DNA of 64,000 nucleotides from Mayamaea pseudoterrestris (Eukaryota). The translations under genes were made by a program, and so were the position numbers. The notes under the pieces are model-generated. The model was given only the letters and a program-made list of their open reading frames with translations. It was not told where the DNA came from and made no database searches. Shown in pieces: positions 1-10,458 of this stretch; positions within the stretch are counted from its first letter, which is position 1; each line of letters begins with the position of its first letter. Where the stretch lies: assembly GCA_027923505.1 (NCBI GenBank), contig BROI01000018.1, positions 62,001 through 126,000 on the forward strand. Direction: 5' to 3'.

Positions 1-1662
1 TTTATAGGCTTGACGGCCGTGGCAGCCCTGCGATGGCTCAATGGGGACGACTTTTACCTTTGGCCATCGCCTGCTGACTTGGAGGCCCGTCAGCAGCACA
101 AGCAACCTTACCAACAACAGCAACAGCCAGTCAGTAACACCAATCATGATAATCAGCTTATTTTGCAGCAAATGCAAACGATCCAACGGAGTTTGGAGAT
201 TCAGCAGGAGCAACAAGCGATTATTCTGCAACGCATTCAAAGCAATGGCGAGTTTCGTATTAATACCTTTACAGACGAGTCAATGAACCGCCTGCGTGAG
301 CAACAGTCTTCAGCTTCGTCGCCATTGGTGCAAGAGCAATTGATAATGGAGGAGACAACGACTGGAAATAAGGCAACGGAATATGAGCAGTTGCAGGAGA
401 TTCATCTAGAGCTGATGCGACTGCGATCAGACCTTGCTTTGCAGAGTGGTGGCGACGACTCGGGCAAGGAATGGAAAATGCGACTGAATCAGACAATCGA
501 TCAGCTACACAACTATCTTACCAAGGTTGATGGCACATGTCAGCCATTGGATGCTAGCATCGCATCGACTGCGTCAGCGCCCGGCACGTTAACTGATGTG
601 ACGGCAGAGGCAGAAACTGTCAGAACGATGATTAACCCGAATGCTGATATGAATGCTATCGCAGATTCATCTTTAACAGTGTTGGCTGTTGATGGTAAAG
701 ACGAAACTGCGGAGGCAGCGCACAAGTTGGTGGAAGCTATTCTTACACTGGCGACGGAAAATAAAGACCCAGCTGTACTTCAATCTGGCGCTCAGCTCCT
801 CTACCTTTACGTTCATAACCTGTGCAACCATCATAAGGTTCCTAGATATCGTAAGATATTTACCTGCAATGAGAGTTTCCTCAAGGTTGAAGCGCTAATG
901 GGTGCTCGAGAATTTCTGGCCGCCGTAGGCTTTTGTGACAACAAGAATACGCTGGAGTGGCTGGCATCACCGGGCAAGGATGAGGACGACGAGGAGGTTT
1001 ACTTGAACCTTTTAAAGGAGGCGACAAAAGCTTTAAATGTTATAAAGGCTAGTGGAGCAACTGCTGGGTCGGATTTGGTGTATGCCGCCCTGTCGACCAT
1101 GGAACTGAATGCGACAGATGCCGTCCACGAAAGCGATTGCGAGCTATCGGAAGCATCTCCACACACAAAAACAACACTGTTGCAATCTCCAATACGGGCG
1201 TCTCTGGGTGAGCCCTCATCTATAAAAAAACTACCACAGCCGCAGCTCGTAAACGATTCATACAATACGCCTCGATTGGGATCAATTACCTCTCCACCGA
1301 CAATAAAGCATGCGCGCTCACCAAGCCATAGTTTTCCATTTGATTATGAATCGCCAATGCAAAATATGCCACCAAGCGACCAGCTCAATTCAAACGATCA
1401 TAGTTTCTCGGCTGATACGCCTATTCGCAATGATTTGGAGCAGTTGCTAGCGGATACTCCGGCACGAGATGAAATTGATCTTGATGTATCGGTCGATACG
1501 CCAGTACGCACGACGTTTGGAAGTTTACTAGAAGACGGAAAGCTGCAAAGGAGCGACGAAAGTTACGGAGACTCGACTAAGTCGGGCGCGTTGACAGACA
1601 ACCTAATTCACGCCGACGAGTCGGCCCCTATATTTTTGGGCGACGTTGTTGATGACAAATAA
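1..1662 (+). CDS. 5'-truncated protein: hydrophobic segment, coiled coil, PUB domain, disordered tail (possibly Pex14-like)
   Basis: Frame is open from base 1 (FIGLTAVAALRW). Q-rich coiled-coil-like region. PUB-like motif LLYLYVHNL..PRYRKIF..N..F.KV....GAREFLAAVGF. Confidence 0.65.
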   Translation, partial: FIGLTAVAALRWLNGDDFYLWPSPADLEARQQHKQPYQQQQQPVSNTNHDNQLILQQMQTIQRSLEIQQEQQAIILQRIQSNGEFRINTFTDESMNRLREQQSSASSPLVQEQLIMEETTTGNKATEYEQLQEIHLELMRLRSDLALQSGGDDSGKEWKMRLNQTIDQLHNYLTKVDGTCQPLDASIASTASAPGTLTDVTAEAETVRTMINPNADMNAIADSSLTVLAVDGKDETAEAAHKLVEAILTLATENKDPAVLQSGAQLLYLYVHNLCNHHKVPRYRKIFTCNESFLKVEALMGAREFLAAVGFCDNKNTLEWLASPGKDEDDEEVYLNLLKEATKALNVIKASGATAGSDLVYAALSTMELNATDAVHESDCELSEASPHTKTTLLQSPIRASLGEPSSIKKLPQPQLVNDSYNTPRLGSITSPPTIKHARSPSHSFPFDYESPMQNMPPSDQLNSNDHSFSADTPIRNDLEQLLADTPARDEIDLDVSVDTPVRTTFGSLLEDGKLQRSDESYGDSTKSGALTDNLIHADESAPIFLGDVVDDK

Positions 1663-1679
1663 AATGTAATAGACTTTCA

Positions 1680-3386
1680 CTACCGCAGCTTTTTCGATAG
1701 TCGCTCACGCGCATTCGTGGGTTTGTGCTTTTGCCCAGATTTCGACAAAGATCGCTTCCCTGAAGCCTTGACAACATTTGCACTTGGAACCCATTCGTCA
1801 TCAGCTTTATGTAGAACGGACTCATTAATCCAATCCGTGTCTTCTCTGCTTGTGTGTGTAACAGCGATCATATCATGAGGAATATTGGTTGCTCTCGTAG
1901 ACGACAGAGAAAGCTTGATGCGAAAGTCGTCATCGTTCGACTTGCTTCTGTCATCATCAATTGTGTTTGTTGTCTTTTTCAACTTCGGAGCCGAGAGCTT
2001 CAAACGAATCTTGGGCGATGATGGAAGAACCAAGCCACATGAATTATCGGCAACATCATGAGTCAACTCCTTTACTCGTAGGCGCTCATCCTGGAGTTGT
2101 AGAAGCATCGCTTCCACACTGCTGCAGCCACAGATTCTCGACGCTTCAAGCGCAGCGCGATTAATGCTTATACCGGCTTCTAAATCTTCTGAAACAGTGC
2201 GAGTTGTCGCGCGTCGGGTCCACCAGGTATTTAGCGCCTGATTTAGGTGAGAAATCTCCTGAGACATTTGCCGACTGAAAGTTTTGCCCCGCCGCAGCTG
2301 TTGCAAGTACATGGCACCAGCGTAAAAGTGAAGCTCCTCAAAATATGGAAACCGCATTTGTGTCGGAACCTTACTTCGTGCCTCAATGGCATAAGCCTGC
2401 ATCTGCATAAGAACACTAGAACCGTGCAAAAAATTTCCGCCGAAAACGACAGCATCTTCGGCAGTGTAAACGGCATGCATCCAACCGGACGGAATCACCA
2501 TTGTTTCGCCAGCCCGTAGTGTAACTTTTGTGTAATTGTTTCCATCCGCAAGTAAGGTGGGCAAGAAGGTGGATTCCTGCCCCTTGGAGCAAAGCCACTC
2601 TTCATAAATGCTTAAGTTGTCGTCCGTCGGTTCAATCATTAAAAACTCCTTTTCGCCAGAAACCACGTGGTACCAAACCGTCGTGCCGCCAAAGTCGATG
2701 TGGAAGTCAGTGTAGGATCCAGCGGCGCTCGTCAAACAGTAAAGTTTCGTCTGAAGTACTGGTAAATGTTGTGGCCATGCCTGATGCGCCCATGAAACGT
2801 CTCGGACAAACGGCGGAGGATGCACGCGATCGGAAAGCGGCGTAAGCGAAAGCTCCAAACTTATTTGATTAAGAATCCGAGAGTCTTGTTTACTTTGAGC
2901 GTTAGCCGTCTTGCTAGATCGATCAAGCCGCTCGCGCGTTGAGCTCAATGTTGCAAAGGTGGACGGCGACTGTTGATTGTCTTGACTGCTCATCGTTGCT
3001 GCAGCAGCAACACCTGCTTCATCACACCTGTCATGTTCCTTGTATCGTCGTTCCTGTTCTCGCTCCTCAAAATATTCCACCAGGTCGCCAAGTGTCCAAC
3101 CACTAAGTTCTTCCTGGTAACGAACGTCAATCACTCGGACAGGTGTCAATGGACCAATAATGCGAGCAACATCTCTCACTGACAATGTCTCGATGCGCAT
3201 ACCAATACTTTCTGGCGTGTCTTTTACGAGTAATGGTTTATGATGAAATCGTTCAAAGCTTGAAGCAGTCAACTGCGAACCACGACGAACTGTGACAATG
3301 TCGGATGTTTGGTGCGAAAGCGCAAGGAAGGCGTCGATGTGAATGTGAGCATGCTTTTGCTGCGGTACTGATGGTGATGAAGGCAT
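1680..3386 (-). CDS. JmjC-domain histone demethylase, KDM2/KDM7/JHD1-like
   Basis: Motifs NQISLE, YCLTS..GSYTDFHIDFGGTTVWYHV, IPSGWMHAVYT.EDAVVFGGNFLH (H-x-D...H iron ligands). Confidence 0.9.
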   Translation of the reverse strand: MPSSPSVPQQKHAHIHIDAFLALSHQTSDIVTVRRGSQLTASSFERFHHKPLLVKDTPESIGMRIETLSVRDVARIIGPLTPVRVIDVRYQEELSGWTLGDLVEYFEEREQERRYKEHDRCDEAGVAAAATMSSQDNQQSPSTFATLSSTRERLDRSSKTANAQSKQDSRILNQISLELSLTPLSDRVHPPPFVRDVSWAHQAWPQHLPVLQTKLYCLTSAAGSYTDFHIDFGGTTVWYHVVSGEKEFLMIEPTDDNLSIYEEWLCSKGQESTFLPTLLADGNNYTKVTLRAGETMVIPSGWMHAVYTAEDAVVFGGNFLHGSSVLMQMQAYAIEARSKVPTQMRFPYFEELHFYAGAMYLQQLRRGKTFSRQMSQEISHLNQALNTWWTRRATTRTVSEDLEAGISINRAALEASRICGCSSVEAMLLQLQDERLRVKELTHDVADNSCGLVLPSSPKIRLKLSAPKLKKTTNTIDDDRSKSNDDDFRIKLSLSSTRATNIPHDMIAVTHTSREDTDWINESVLHKADDEWVPSANVVKASGKRSLSKSGQKHKPTNARERLSKKLR

Positions 3387-3682
3387 TGTCGCAGTAAATT
3401 GAGGCTGATGATCGAGGTAGTCGAAACTGGCTAACGTATGGTCGTGCGGGATCAGATTTGTGAGGGGATTTGTGATGGACGTTTTGTCGAAGTTGAGATC
3501 TGTCTCGCTCGCGAGGCAATCGTGTGGTTTTCAAAAACGTCGCAGCGAGACTTGATGTGACGCACGATGACGTTTCGCGGAACGACTCGACTTGGCCTCA
3601 TCCAAGGATCAATACCCAGGGATCGCAGAGTTCGTTGCCTTGTCCTTCAACCAAGCGCAAAGAGGAAGAAGCTAATGTAAAG

Positions 3683-5449
3683 ATGAGGCCGCTATGTCTC
3701 TTTGCAATATGTTTGTGCCGCTTGATCCCGCTAGCTGCTTTTGTCACGCCACGAGGCGCCACCAATAGACAATCAGCTTTTCAGCGCCTGTACTCGTCGC
3801 TATCCGCGGCAACAGCAGATGAATCCTGTGACTATCTAGTTCTTGGCTCAGGCCCTGCAGCGCGAGCAATGGCCAGTCTGTTGAGTACAACTACGAATGT
3901 CATACTCGCTGACGCCAACAGCGATCGAGACTGGGCTCCCAATTATGGTGTCTGGGAGGATGAGTGGGAAGCAGTCGCCAAAAAGTATCAAGCCGCTGGA
4001 GTAATATTTGAAGGCGGCAAGGAAGGAAACGCTATAGATCATCAATGGAACATAACTGATTGCTTCTTCGGGGGATCCTTTGATATTCCGAATGAACAGA
4101 AGCTACGCGTCGATCGACCGTACTTGCGCGTGGATAAGAATGCCTTGAAGAACTCCTTGACGACTGGTGGCTATCACATACTGCAGGCGAACCATATTTC
4201 CAAAGCAATTGGTGTCAATATGTATAGTCCGGCTGGAAGCTTGGTAAATGACGAAGAAGGCACCATCATTACACTTGAGTCCAAGGAGAAGGCTACAACG
4301 ACGATCCGTTGCAAGAATGTCATTGATTGTACTGGGCACGAGACGTCACTCATATTGCGAGAAGCCCGAGAAGCGCATAGACCACCCGGTTTTCAAATAG
4401 CTTATGGAGTACTGGTGGATGTTGAGGAAGATCTTTCAATGCCATCGCCAACGCAGATTGGTCCGTATGACAAGCAGGCCATGACACTCTTTGACTACCG
4501 GACTGATCACTACGCAGGCGATGTTAACGAAAAGAAACTCATCAAGGATCCAACATTCATGTATGTCATGCCACTGGGCGAGAATCGTGTCTTCTTCGAG
4601 GAAACATCGCTCGTTGCTCGTCCGGCACTTAGCTTCCAGGAATGTAAGGACCGCTGCTTTCAACGACTCGATCATCTTGGCATCAAAGTAACTAATGTTT
4701 ATGAGGAAGAATTTTGTTACATACCCATGGGCGGAGCATTGCCCGTAAAGGATCAACGTGTCATTGCTGTCGGTGGATCTGCTAGCGTTGTACACCCATC
4801 CACTGGTTACAACCTTTGTCGAACATTAATGGCGGCGGCCGACGTGGCTTTGGCATTGCAAGCGAATGCAGAAAATGTCGATCGAGCAGCTGCTGCCGCT
4901 TATCACGCAGTTTGGTCGCCCGACAATGTTCGGCAACGCAACTTTGCCGTCTTTGGAGGCGAGTTCTTGATGAAACAAAATGTTGTTGGTTTGCGCGGAT
5001 TCTTTGATGGATTCTTTCGACTACCGATGGAAATGTGGGGCGGTTTCTTGGCAGGATGGCCGGGGCTGCCCAATAACGACAAGCATGAAACATGGCTAGC
5101 TAGAATAGTGTTTGGTGTCACCTTTTTAACCAAGCTGCCACCCACGGTGGCGCTGGACATGGTTGCGAGCATTCTCACGTATAGTCTAACGGAAGGGACG
5201 GTGCTCTTACAATCTGTGACTCCGTTTTTCGGGGAGCCAACAAGCTTCGAGTACAAACGAAACAATGATCGCATTGGCGACGTGGCTGCCAAGGAAGAGG
5301 CGAGACAGATGTTGACGGAATCGAAGGTGGAAGACATAATACCAGTGGCCTTTGACGAGCAGCCGAGGTTGCCGGTTGAGCGCATGATAGATTCGTCTTT
5401 GGACGAAACGGTGACAAATATCAAGGTCGTGCAAGATGTGAGCGCTTGA
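3683..5449 (+). CDS. LCYB: Plastid-targeted lycopene beta-cyclase
   Basis: ATG 3683 gives signal peptide + AAF-V. FAD motif VLGSGPA; NYGVWEDEW, FQIAYG, FFEETSLVARP, EEEFCYIPMGG, VHPSTGY. Confidence 0.85.
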   Translation: MRPLCLFAICLCRLIPLAAFVTPRGATNRQSAFQRLYSSLSAATADESCDYLVLGSGPAARAMASLLSTTTNVILADANSDRDWAPNYGVWEDEWEAVAKKYQAAGVIFEGGKEGNAIDHQWNITDCFFGGSFDIPNEQKLRVDRPYLRVDKNALKNSLTTGGYHILQANHISKAIGVNMYSPAGSLVNDEEGTIITLESKEKATTTIRCKNVIDCTGHETSLILREAREAHRPPGFQIAYGVLVDVEEDLSMPSPTQIGPYDKQAMTLFDYRTDHYAGDVNEKKLIKDPTFMYVMPLGENRVFFEETSLVARPALSFQECKDRCFQRLDHLGIKVTNVYEEEFCYIPMGGALPVKDQRVIAVGGSASVVHPSTGYNLCRTLMAAADVALALQANAENVDRAAAAAYHAVWSPDNVRQRNFAVFGGEFLMKQNVVGLRGFFDGFFRLPMEMWGGFLAGWPGLPNNDKHETWLARIVFGVTFLTKLPPTVALDMVASILTYSLTEGTVLLQSVTPFFGEPTSFEYKRNNDRIGDVAAKEEARQMLTESKVEDIIPVAFDEQPRLPVERMIDSSLDETVTNIKVVQDVSA

Positions 5450-5620
5450 TCACTAAATGATGGCTGAAGAGCGTCTGCGAGTGGCTCGATTGTAGTCATT
5501 ACTGATTAATTTAAGAACAAGTAACATGCAATACTTGTCTCAAATTGCAGAGGCTCGTATAATTGGAATTACACCGTATTAATTTAAACATGTCAATGAC
5601 GGCTCTTCAACACTCGACGC

Positions 5621-6419
5621 TTAAACGTCCAAATAATCGGGATGACCATGGCGCATCTTGCCCATGTAATCATCCGAAGGTCTTCCTTGAAAGTTTCTCA
5701 TTTCATTCTCCACTTCTCGAATAAAGTTTAATCCACCTCCAGCCGGAGAAAATACAACTGTCAGTCGCGGGCACGACAACAAGCCACACATGCAGCTTCG
5801 ATCTGGCTTGCCAGCACTCCGAGGCCACAACCAAAAGGGCGTACTTGGTGCAGTGGTAGTAATGGCGACTCCATCGGTCGGCGTGCTAAGAAAACCTCGA
5901 TATGGCTGAGCCGTCACGAAAACACTGCATGGCATGCTGGTGGTGACTCGCTGAATCGATAAGATTTTGTCAAAGGGTACATCTACTTCGATGTTTCCGA
6001 TCCAAAATCGCAGCGTTCCATCCGACGTGACATCAACGGACCGCACCAAATTATACCAAAACCAAGCGAGCAAAATGAGATTGGCAATTGCAACAATTAA
6101 GACCGTGCCGTGAGCGCCAATTGGCACGGCTGCCACCATGAGAACGAGAAAAATGACTTCCAAAAGAATGAATTGGATTTTGAAGCCTGTAATATGAACA
6201 AGAAATGTCAGAGAATAAGCTCCTTGAAATCGGCAGGCAACATGCTGCATGCTGCACTCACCCATTGAATATGGAGCTGATTGAAAGCTGTGCAAAACGG
6301 ATCCATCGTCAGTCACATATGTCAATGACTGCGATATCAGTAGAGGATCTTCATCCGCAATCATTTCAACCTTTTGTTGCTGCGAGGAAAGTTCTGAAGC
6401 GGGCGGCCCGTCCGTCATG
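5621..6419 (-). CDS. Hypothetical two-TM membrane protein with bacterial-PH-like C-terminal region; probable 75-nt in-frame intron 6187-6261
   Basis: Two hydrophobic helices, then VDVTSDGTLRFWIG..EVDVPFDKILSIQRV. GTGAGT...ctgac...TTACAG intron is 3n and stop-free. Start codon inferred. Confidence 0.55.
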
Positions 6420-6580
6420 GTCGACCGGATGATGTGTGCCATGGCGAAGAGTCGTTGCACGCCGTGTCGCATCGCGGCTTCAACGGATTCTCGTATTTGA
6501 GGCATCTTGTCTTACCGGTACTTATTCCGGTTGGACGCTGCTTCGAAAGATCTTCCGGCCACCATTCATGTTCCATCACC

Positions 6581-7768
6581 ATGGCGCCTCTTAAACCGGA
6601 CTTGCGCACCACTCTGGCGGATATAACGCTTGAAACGTGCGTCTACAATGCATCGGGTCCTCGTAGTGGTACTTCCGCTGCCCTGCAGAGGGTGGCACAA
6701 TCTAGTGCGGGAGCTATTTTGACAAAGTCCGCGACGCTTCTTTCGCAGAATGGTAATCCTTTGCCTCGGACTTGGCACCATCCAGATGGATTGGCTTCCT
6801 TCAATTCGGAAGGACTTCCAAACAATGGAATCGACTACTATATTGCAGAAAATAATATTGACGAAGTCATGCAAGGGGCGACGGACGGCAAGAAGCCATA
6901 CATTGTCAGCCTCTCGGGACTGTCGCTTGCCGACAACTTGGAAATGCTTCGACGCATCGCTTCGTCGCCCTCTCGCAACAAGATCGCCGCCATTGAGCTG
7001 AACCTGGCTTGTCCCAACGTCATTGGAAAGCCTATAATTGGGTTCGACTTTGATCAAATGGATATGATATTGAACGAAGTATCCAGACTCGTCACGTCGC
7101 TTGATTTGCCACCACTTGGCGTTAAGCTTCCACCCTACTTTGACGTTTACCATTTTGCTACCGTTGCTACTTTGCTGAACAAGTACAAGACGACGATTCG
7201 CTACGTGGCATCCATCAATACGATTGGCAATGCCTTGGCCATCGATTCAGAGTCGGAAGCGCCATGCATTAAAAGCAATCAAGGCTTGGCTGGCTTGTCT
7301 GGACCGGCAGTCAAGTACACTGCGTTGGCGAATGTTTACAAGCTGCGGCAGTTACTTGATACTTCTATTGATGTCGTGGGAGTGGGCGGTGTGCAGTCGG
7401 GACGAGATGCATTTGAATTAATACTAGTGGGAGCGACGGCTGTTCAGGTTGCCACATGCCACTGGACTGAAGGGCCTGCTTGCTTTGATCGCATCTGCAG
7501 GGAGCTGATGGACCTTATGCAAGCAAAAGGATATCGGACTATTCCAGAATTCGAAGGCAAGGTGAAGGAGTGGACCAAAGAAGGAGCAGCCTTGTCGCGA
7601 CAGGCAAAAGGCGACAAGAACCCAAACAATGGAGCTACTGCGTCTAAGACAACCTCACGGAATACGGAGCTCTCCTTCTATAAAGCGTTGTGCGGTGTTC
7701 TTGTCATTATTGTCGCCATGCTGCTCGCCAACTATCGGTCAAGCGTGCGGCTGCTTCCCACTGAATAA
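6581..7768 (+). CDS. Class 1A dihydroorotate dehydrogenase-like flavoprotein with C-terminal TM
   Basis: YNASG, LTKS, NSEGLPNNG, IELNLACPN (catalytic Cys), GVKLPPY, SINTIGN, GLSG, VGVGGV, GATAVQV. ACCATGG at 6581. Confidence 0.85.
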   Translation: MAPLKPDLRTTLADITLETCVYNASGPRSGTSAALQRVAQSSAGAILTKSATLLSQNGNPLPRTWHHPDGLASFNSEGLPNNGIDYYIAENNIDEVMQGATDGKKPYIVSLSGLSLADNLEMLRRIASSPSRNKIAAIELNLACPNVIGKPIIGFDFDQMDMILNEVSRLVTSLDLPPLGVKLPPYFDVYHFATVATLLNKYKTTIRYVASINTIGNALAIDSESEAPCIKSNQGLAGLSGPAVKYTALANVYKLRQLLDTSIDVVGVGGVQSGRDAFELILVGATAVQVATCHWTEGPACFDRICRELMDLMQAKGYRTIPEFEGKVKEWTKEGAALSRQAKGDKNPNNGATASKTTSRNTELSFYKALCGVLVIIVAMLLANYRSSVRLLPTE

Positions 7769-8263
7769 TGGCGATTAATCTACTTTTTACAATCTTGGCA
7801 ATTTGCAATTCTGATAAGCTTATGCAAGGAAATAGTTCCCTATAATTTTTATGAACGATACTTTAAACCTACTAGGCACTGAAGAATTGTCAACTAAAAT
7901 GCATGTACGAGCATGGGACGAAACCAACCAAGCAGGTTGAATGGTCTCATGGGCACACATTCAAATATGAAATAATACGTCTGGAAGGATAGGCATCCCC
8001 AGCTATATTGTACTAATACATACTACATGGAATTGCCAAGAGGTTCGTCGAAGCAATTGGCGGGTAGCTAACATCGTCCATATCCCTAAGTATCCAAAAG
8101 CATTCTGAATCGAATCCGCGAAAGCCCAAGATACGGTTCAACAACGGTTGGCTGTGAAAAAAGCACGCAATCGTCGTTGTGCCTCGTGCGCACCCCCATC
8201 TCCACCTGTCGCTATCTGATCCGAATCACCCATTCATCACACACGCAAATTAGTCAGTCCACC

Positions 8264-8980
8264 ATGAAGGTCGCTCTTTCCACGACTCTATTGCTATTCT
8301 CGTCTGTTTCGGCCTTTGCGCCGCAGCAGCATCAACAACGAGCGTTTGTTGCTCTTCGAATGTCTGACAGCGAAACGCCTGTGAAAGCCGCTCCAAAGCC
8401 TCCTTCCGCATCGTCTTCATCATCGTCCACGGGAGGCGCTCTCGTACCCATCAAGGAGGAGACTGTTGAATTTACCGCTGGTCTTATTGGAGGTTTTGCC
8501 GGTCTCGTCATTGGCGGACCATTCCTTGCTGCGATTGGAGCCGCCACAGCCAACTACCTTTCCAAGATGGACGGTGAAGCGACTGATGTTGTCCAAGCCG
8601 TCTCCAAATCAAGTATCCAAGTCTACAACTACCTGTCTACGCTCGACAGCAAGTATGAAGTACTTTCAAAAGCCAAGGCTCAGCTCGAAAAAGCCCTCAA
8701 CAGTCTCAAGTCGCAAGATTCCGTCGATCCGGATGCCGTCGCCAAGGTAGAAAAGGCGCTCTCCAGCACCACTAACAAGATTAAGGAAATTAACGATGAG
8801 TATGACCTTGTAGGCGCCGGAAGCACCGCGCTCGCAGTCGTTGGCGACTTGGTGGAAAAGGCTGTCAAGAAGGCGGGAGAGCTCAACGAGGAGTACCAAC
8901 TCACTCAAAAGGCGACGGACAGCCTCGAAAAGGCTGTTAACAAGGCCAAGGCAGCAGCCAACGATGTCAACCGCCCGTAA
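8264..8980 (+). CDS. Plastid-targeted hypothetical protein (Gly-rich TM + helical repeats)
   Basis: MKVALSTTLLLFSSVSA-FAP bipartite presequence; GLIGGFAGLVIGGP segment. Confidence 0.75.
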   Translation: MKVALSTTLLLFSSVSAFAPQQHQQRAFVALRMSDSETPVKAAPKPPSASSSSSSTGGALVPIKEETVEFTAGLIGGFAGLVIGGPFLAAIGAATANYLSKMDGEATDVVQAVSKSSIQVYNYLSTLDSKYEVLSKAKAQLEKALNSLKSQDSVDPDAVAKVEKALSSTTNKIKEINDEYDLVGAGSTALAVVGDLVEKAVKKAGELNEEYQLTQKATDSLEKAVNKAKAAANDVNRP

Positions 8981-9273
8981 ATTACTACTATCTCAAGCTA
9001 ACATTACAGTGTCAATTGAATGGTCATTTTTCGTTTATTACATGTGACGGTCAAGAGTCAAGCTAACAGCACAAGTTTAAATTGAAAGGAACTAGACCAA
9101 CACCAGCTACAACATTTTCTCTATCTAGTTGTAGTGCAAAAATTAATGACGAGTAGCTGCGTTTAGTCGTTATACACTGAAATTGTTCGATGAAGGAGTA
9201 CAGTAGCAAATATTACAAGAATGGTCGATGAATGCTCACGCGCATCGCAAGAGCACAAATAGCACGAGCGTGC

Positions 9274-10218
9274 TTAATTCACCGAGACGTCCGAGAAACG
9301 AAATCTTCCTCTGCGAAAGGCCATGCCGGACAAGACGTAAATCATGAGTCCGTAAGTGGCAGCGCCTTGAATCATGCCTTGCGGTCCTTGCGCGCGAGCC
9401 AAAAAGGCTCCAGCGGCCATGCTACTAAAAACCGAGCTCCACTCGTCTTCCTTGCCGTTGCGGAGCAATTTAACGGCGACGCGACATCCTCCAAAGACGG
9501 CCGAGAGTTCTCCCCAGCTGTGCGAAACGTGAAACGAGACGTAATTTTAAAAACAAGGAGTTGCGTGAGAAGCTAGACCAATAAAGTACGGCATTATTAT
9601 ACATGCCAGAACTCACCTCCTCGCCCACTTTAGACTCTTGCCATTCATTCTGGCCGTTCGCGCACTGAAATCTTGCATCAAGGATACCTGCTGATCCGGC
9701 TGGGTCGACTGAAACAAGAGTCGAGGAACATCCGTGACGCATCCAATTACGTATCCAGCGGTAAAACCCGTAACATACTCCATGACTGTCGCCACACAAA
9801 CTTCAACTGTTCCAGCAATGAGCTTGCCAATGGGTGATAGGTCGCGGTAAGTAATCTTGGGGCGGTAGGGTTCCGAAAGAGAGGCGGGTGTAACTGCAAA
9901 AATGTCGTCAACGTCGTCGGCGAAATCCACATAGTCCGACTGGCGACGGCTCCTGCCAGACTGACGTCCAGAAAGAGTGCGAATAGTCGCTAAAATACCA
10001 GCGCTGCTGCTGCAGCTTCCAATGTTTCCCGTCGAAGATCGCAAAAGTGTCGATGATGCACGACGTCTGCCAAAAGTCGACGAGGAAGAAGCTTGTTCAT
10101 ATCCTTGAAAGTTTGCAACTGAGGCATACTTCGAGGTCAACGAGGCTGCACTCGTGCTACTAGGCGTCAAAAGGACAAGCGCTACGGCGAATACGAGACG
10201 GGGGATAGAGAAGGTCAT
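9274..10218 (-). CDS. Tim17/Tim22/Tim23 (PRAT) family protein with N-terminal signal peptide; intron 9518-9616
   Basis: Splicing gives KSLKWARSWGELSAVFGG...RNGKEDEWSSVFSSMAAGAFLARAQGP, the Tim17-family pattern. Confidence 0.75.
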
Positions 10219-10458
10219 GGTCGAAATTTGAAAGTGTCAACCGAAAGGTTGGCTGTTGCATGTGAAAGAGTTCGATCGTAATCCGCCGCGCCTGACAAGA
10301 TTGAAGGTCGCATTGGTTCTCATATCTTTTGAAAGTAGGATGCGGTTATGAAAACTTGCTCCAGAGGTCACAGCAAGAAACGCGATGCCACTCGAGTCAT
10401 TTTCCTTCATGGCCAACGACAATAGATCGAAATAAGTCAACAGGTTATACAGAGGATT

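Noticed and set aside
3568..3573. TGACGT (aureochrome/bZIP-type site) upstream of LCYB, also near 45048 upstream of TPT
   Set aside because: A hexamer is expected by chance and cannot be supported without conservation data.
6434..6580. Overlapping N-terminal extensions of DHODH and the opposite-strand gene
   Set aside because: Better ATG contexts at 6581 and ~6419 leave a normal divergent intergenic region.
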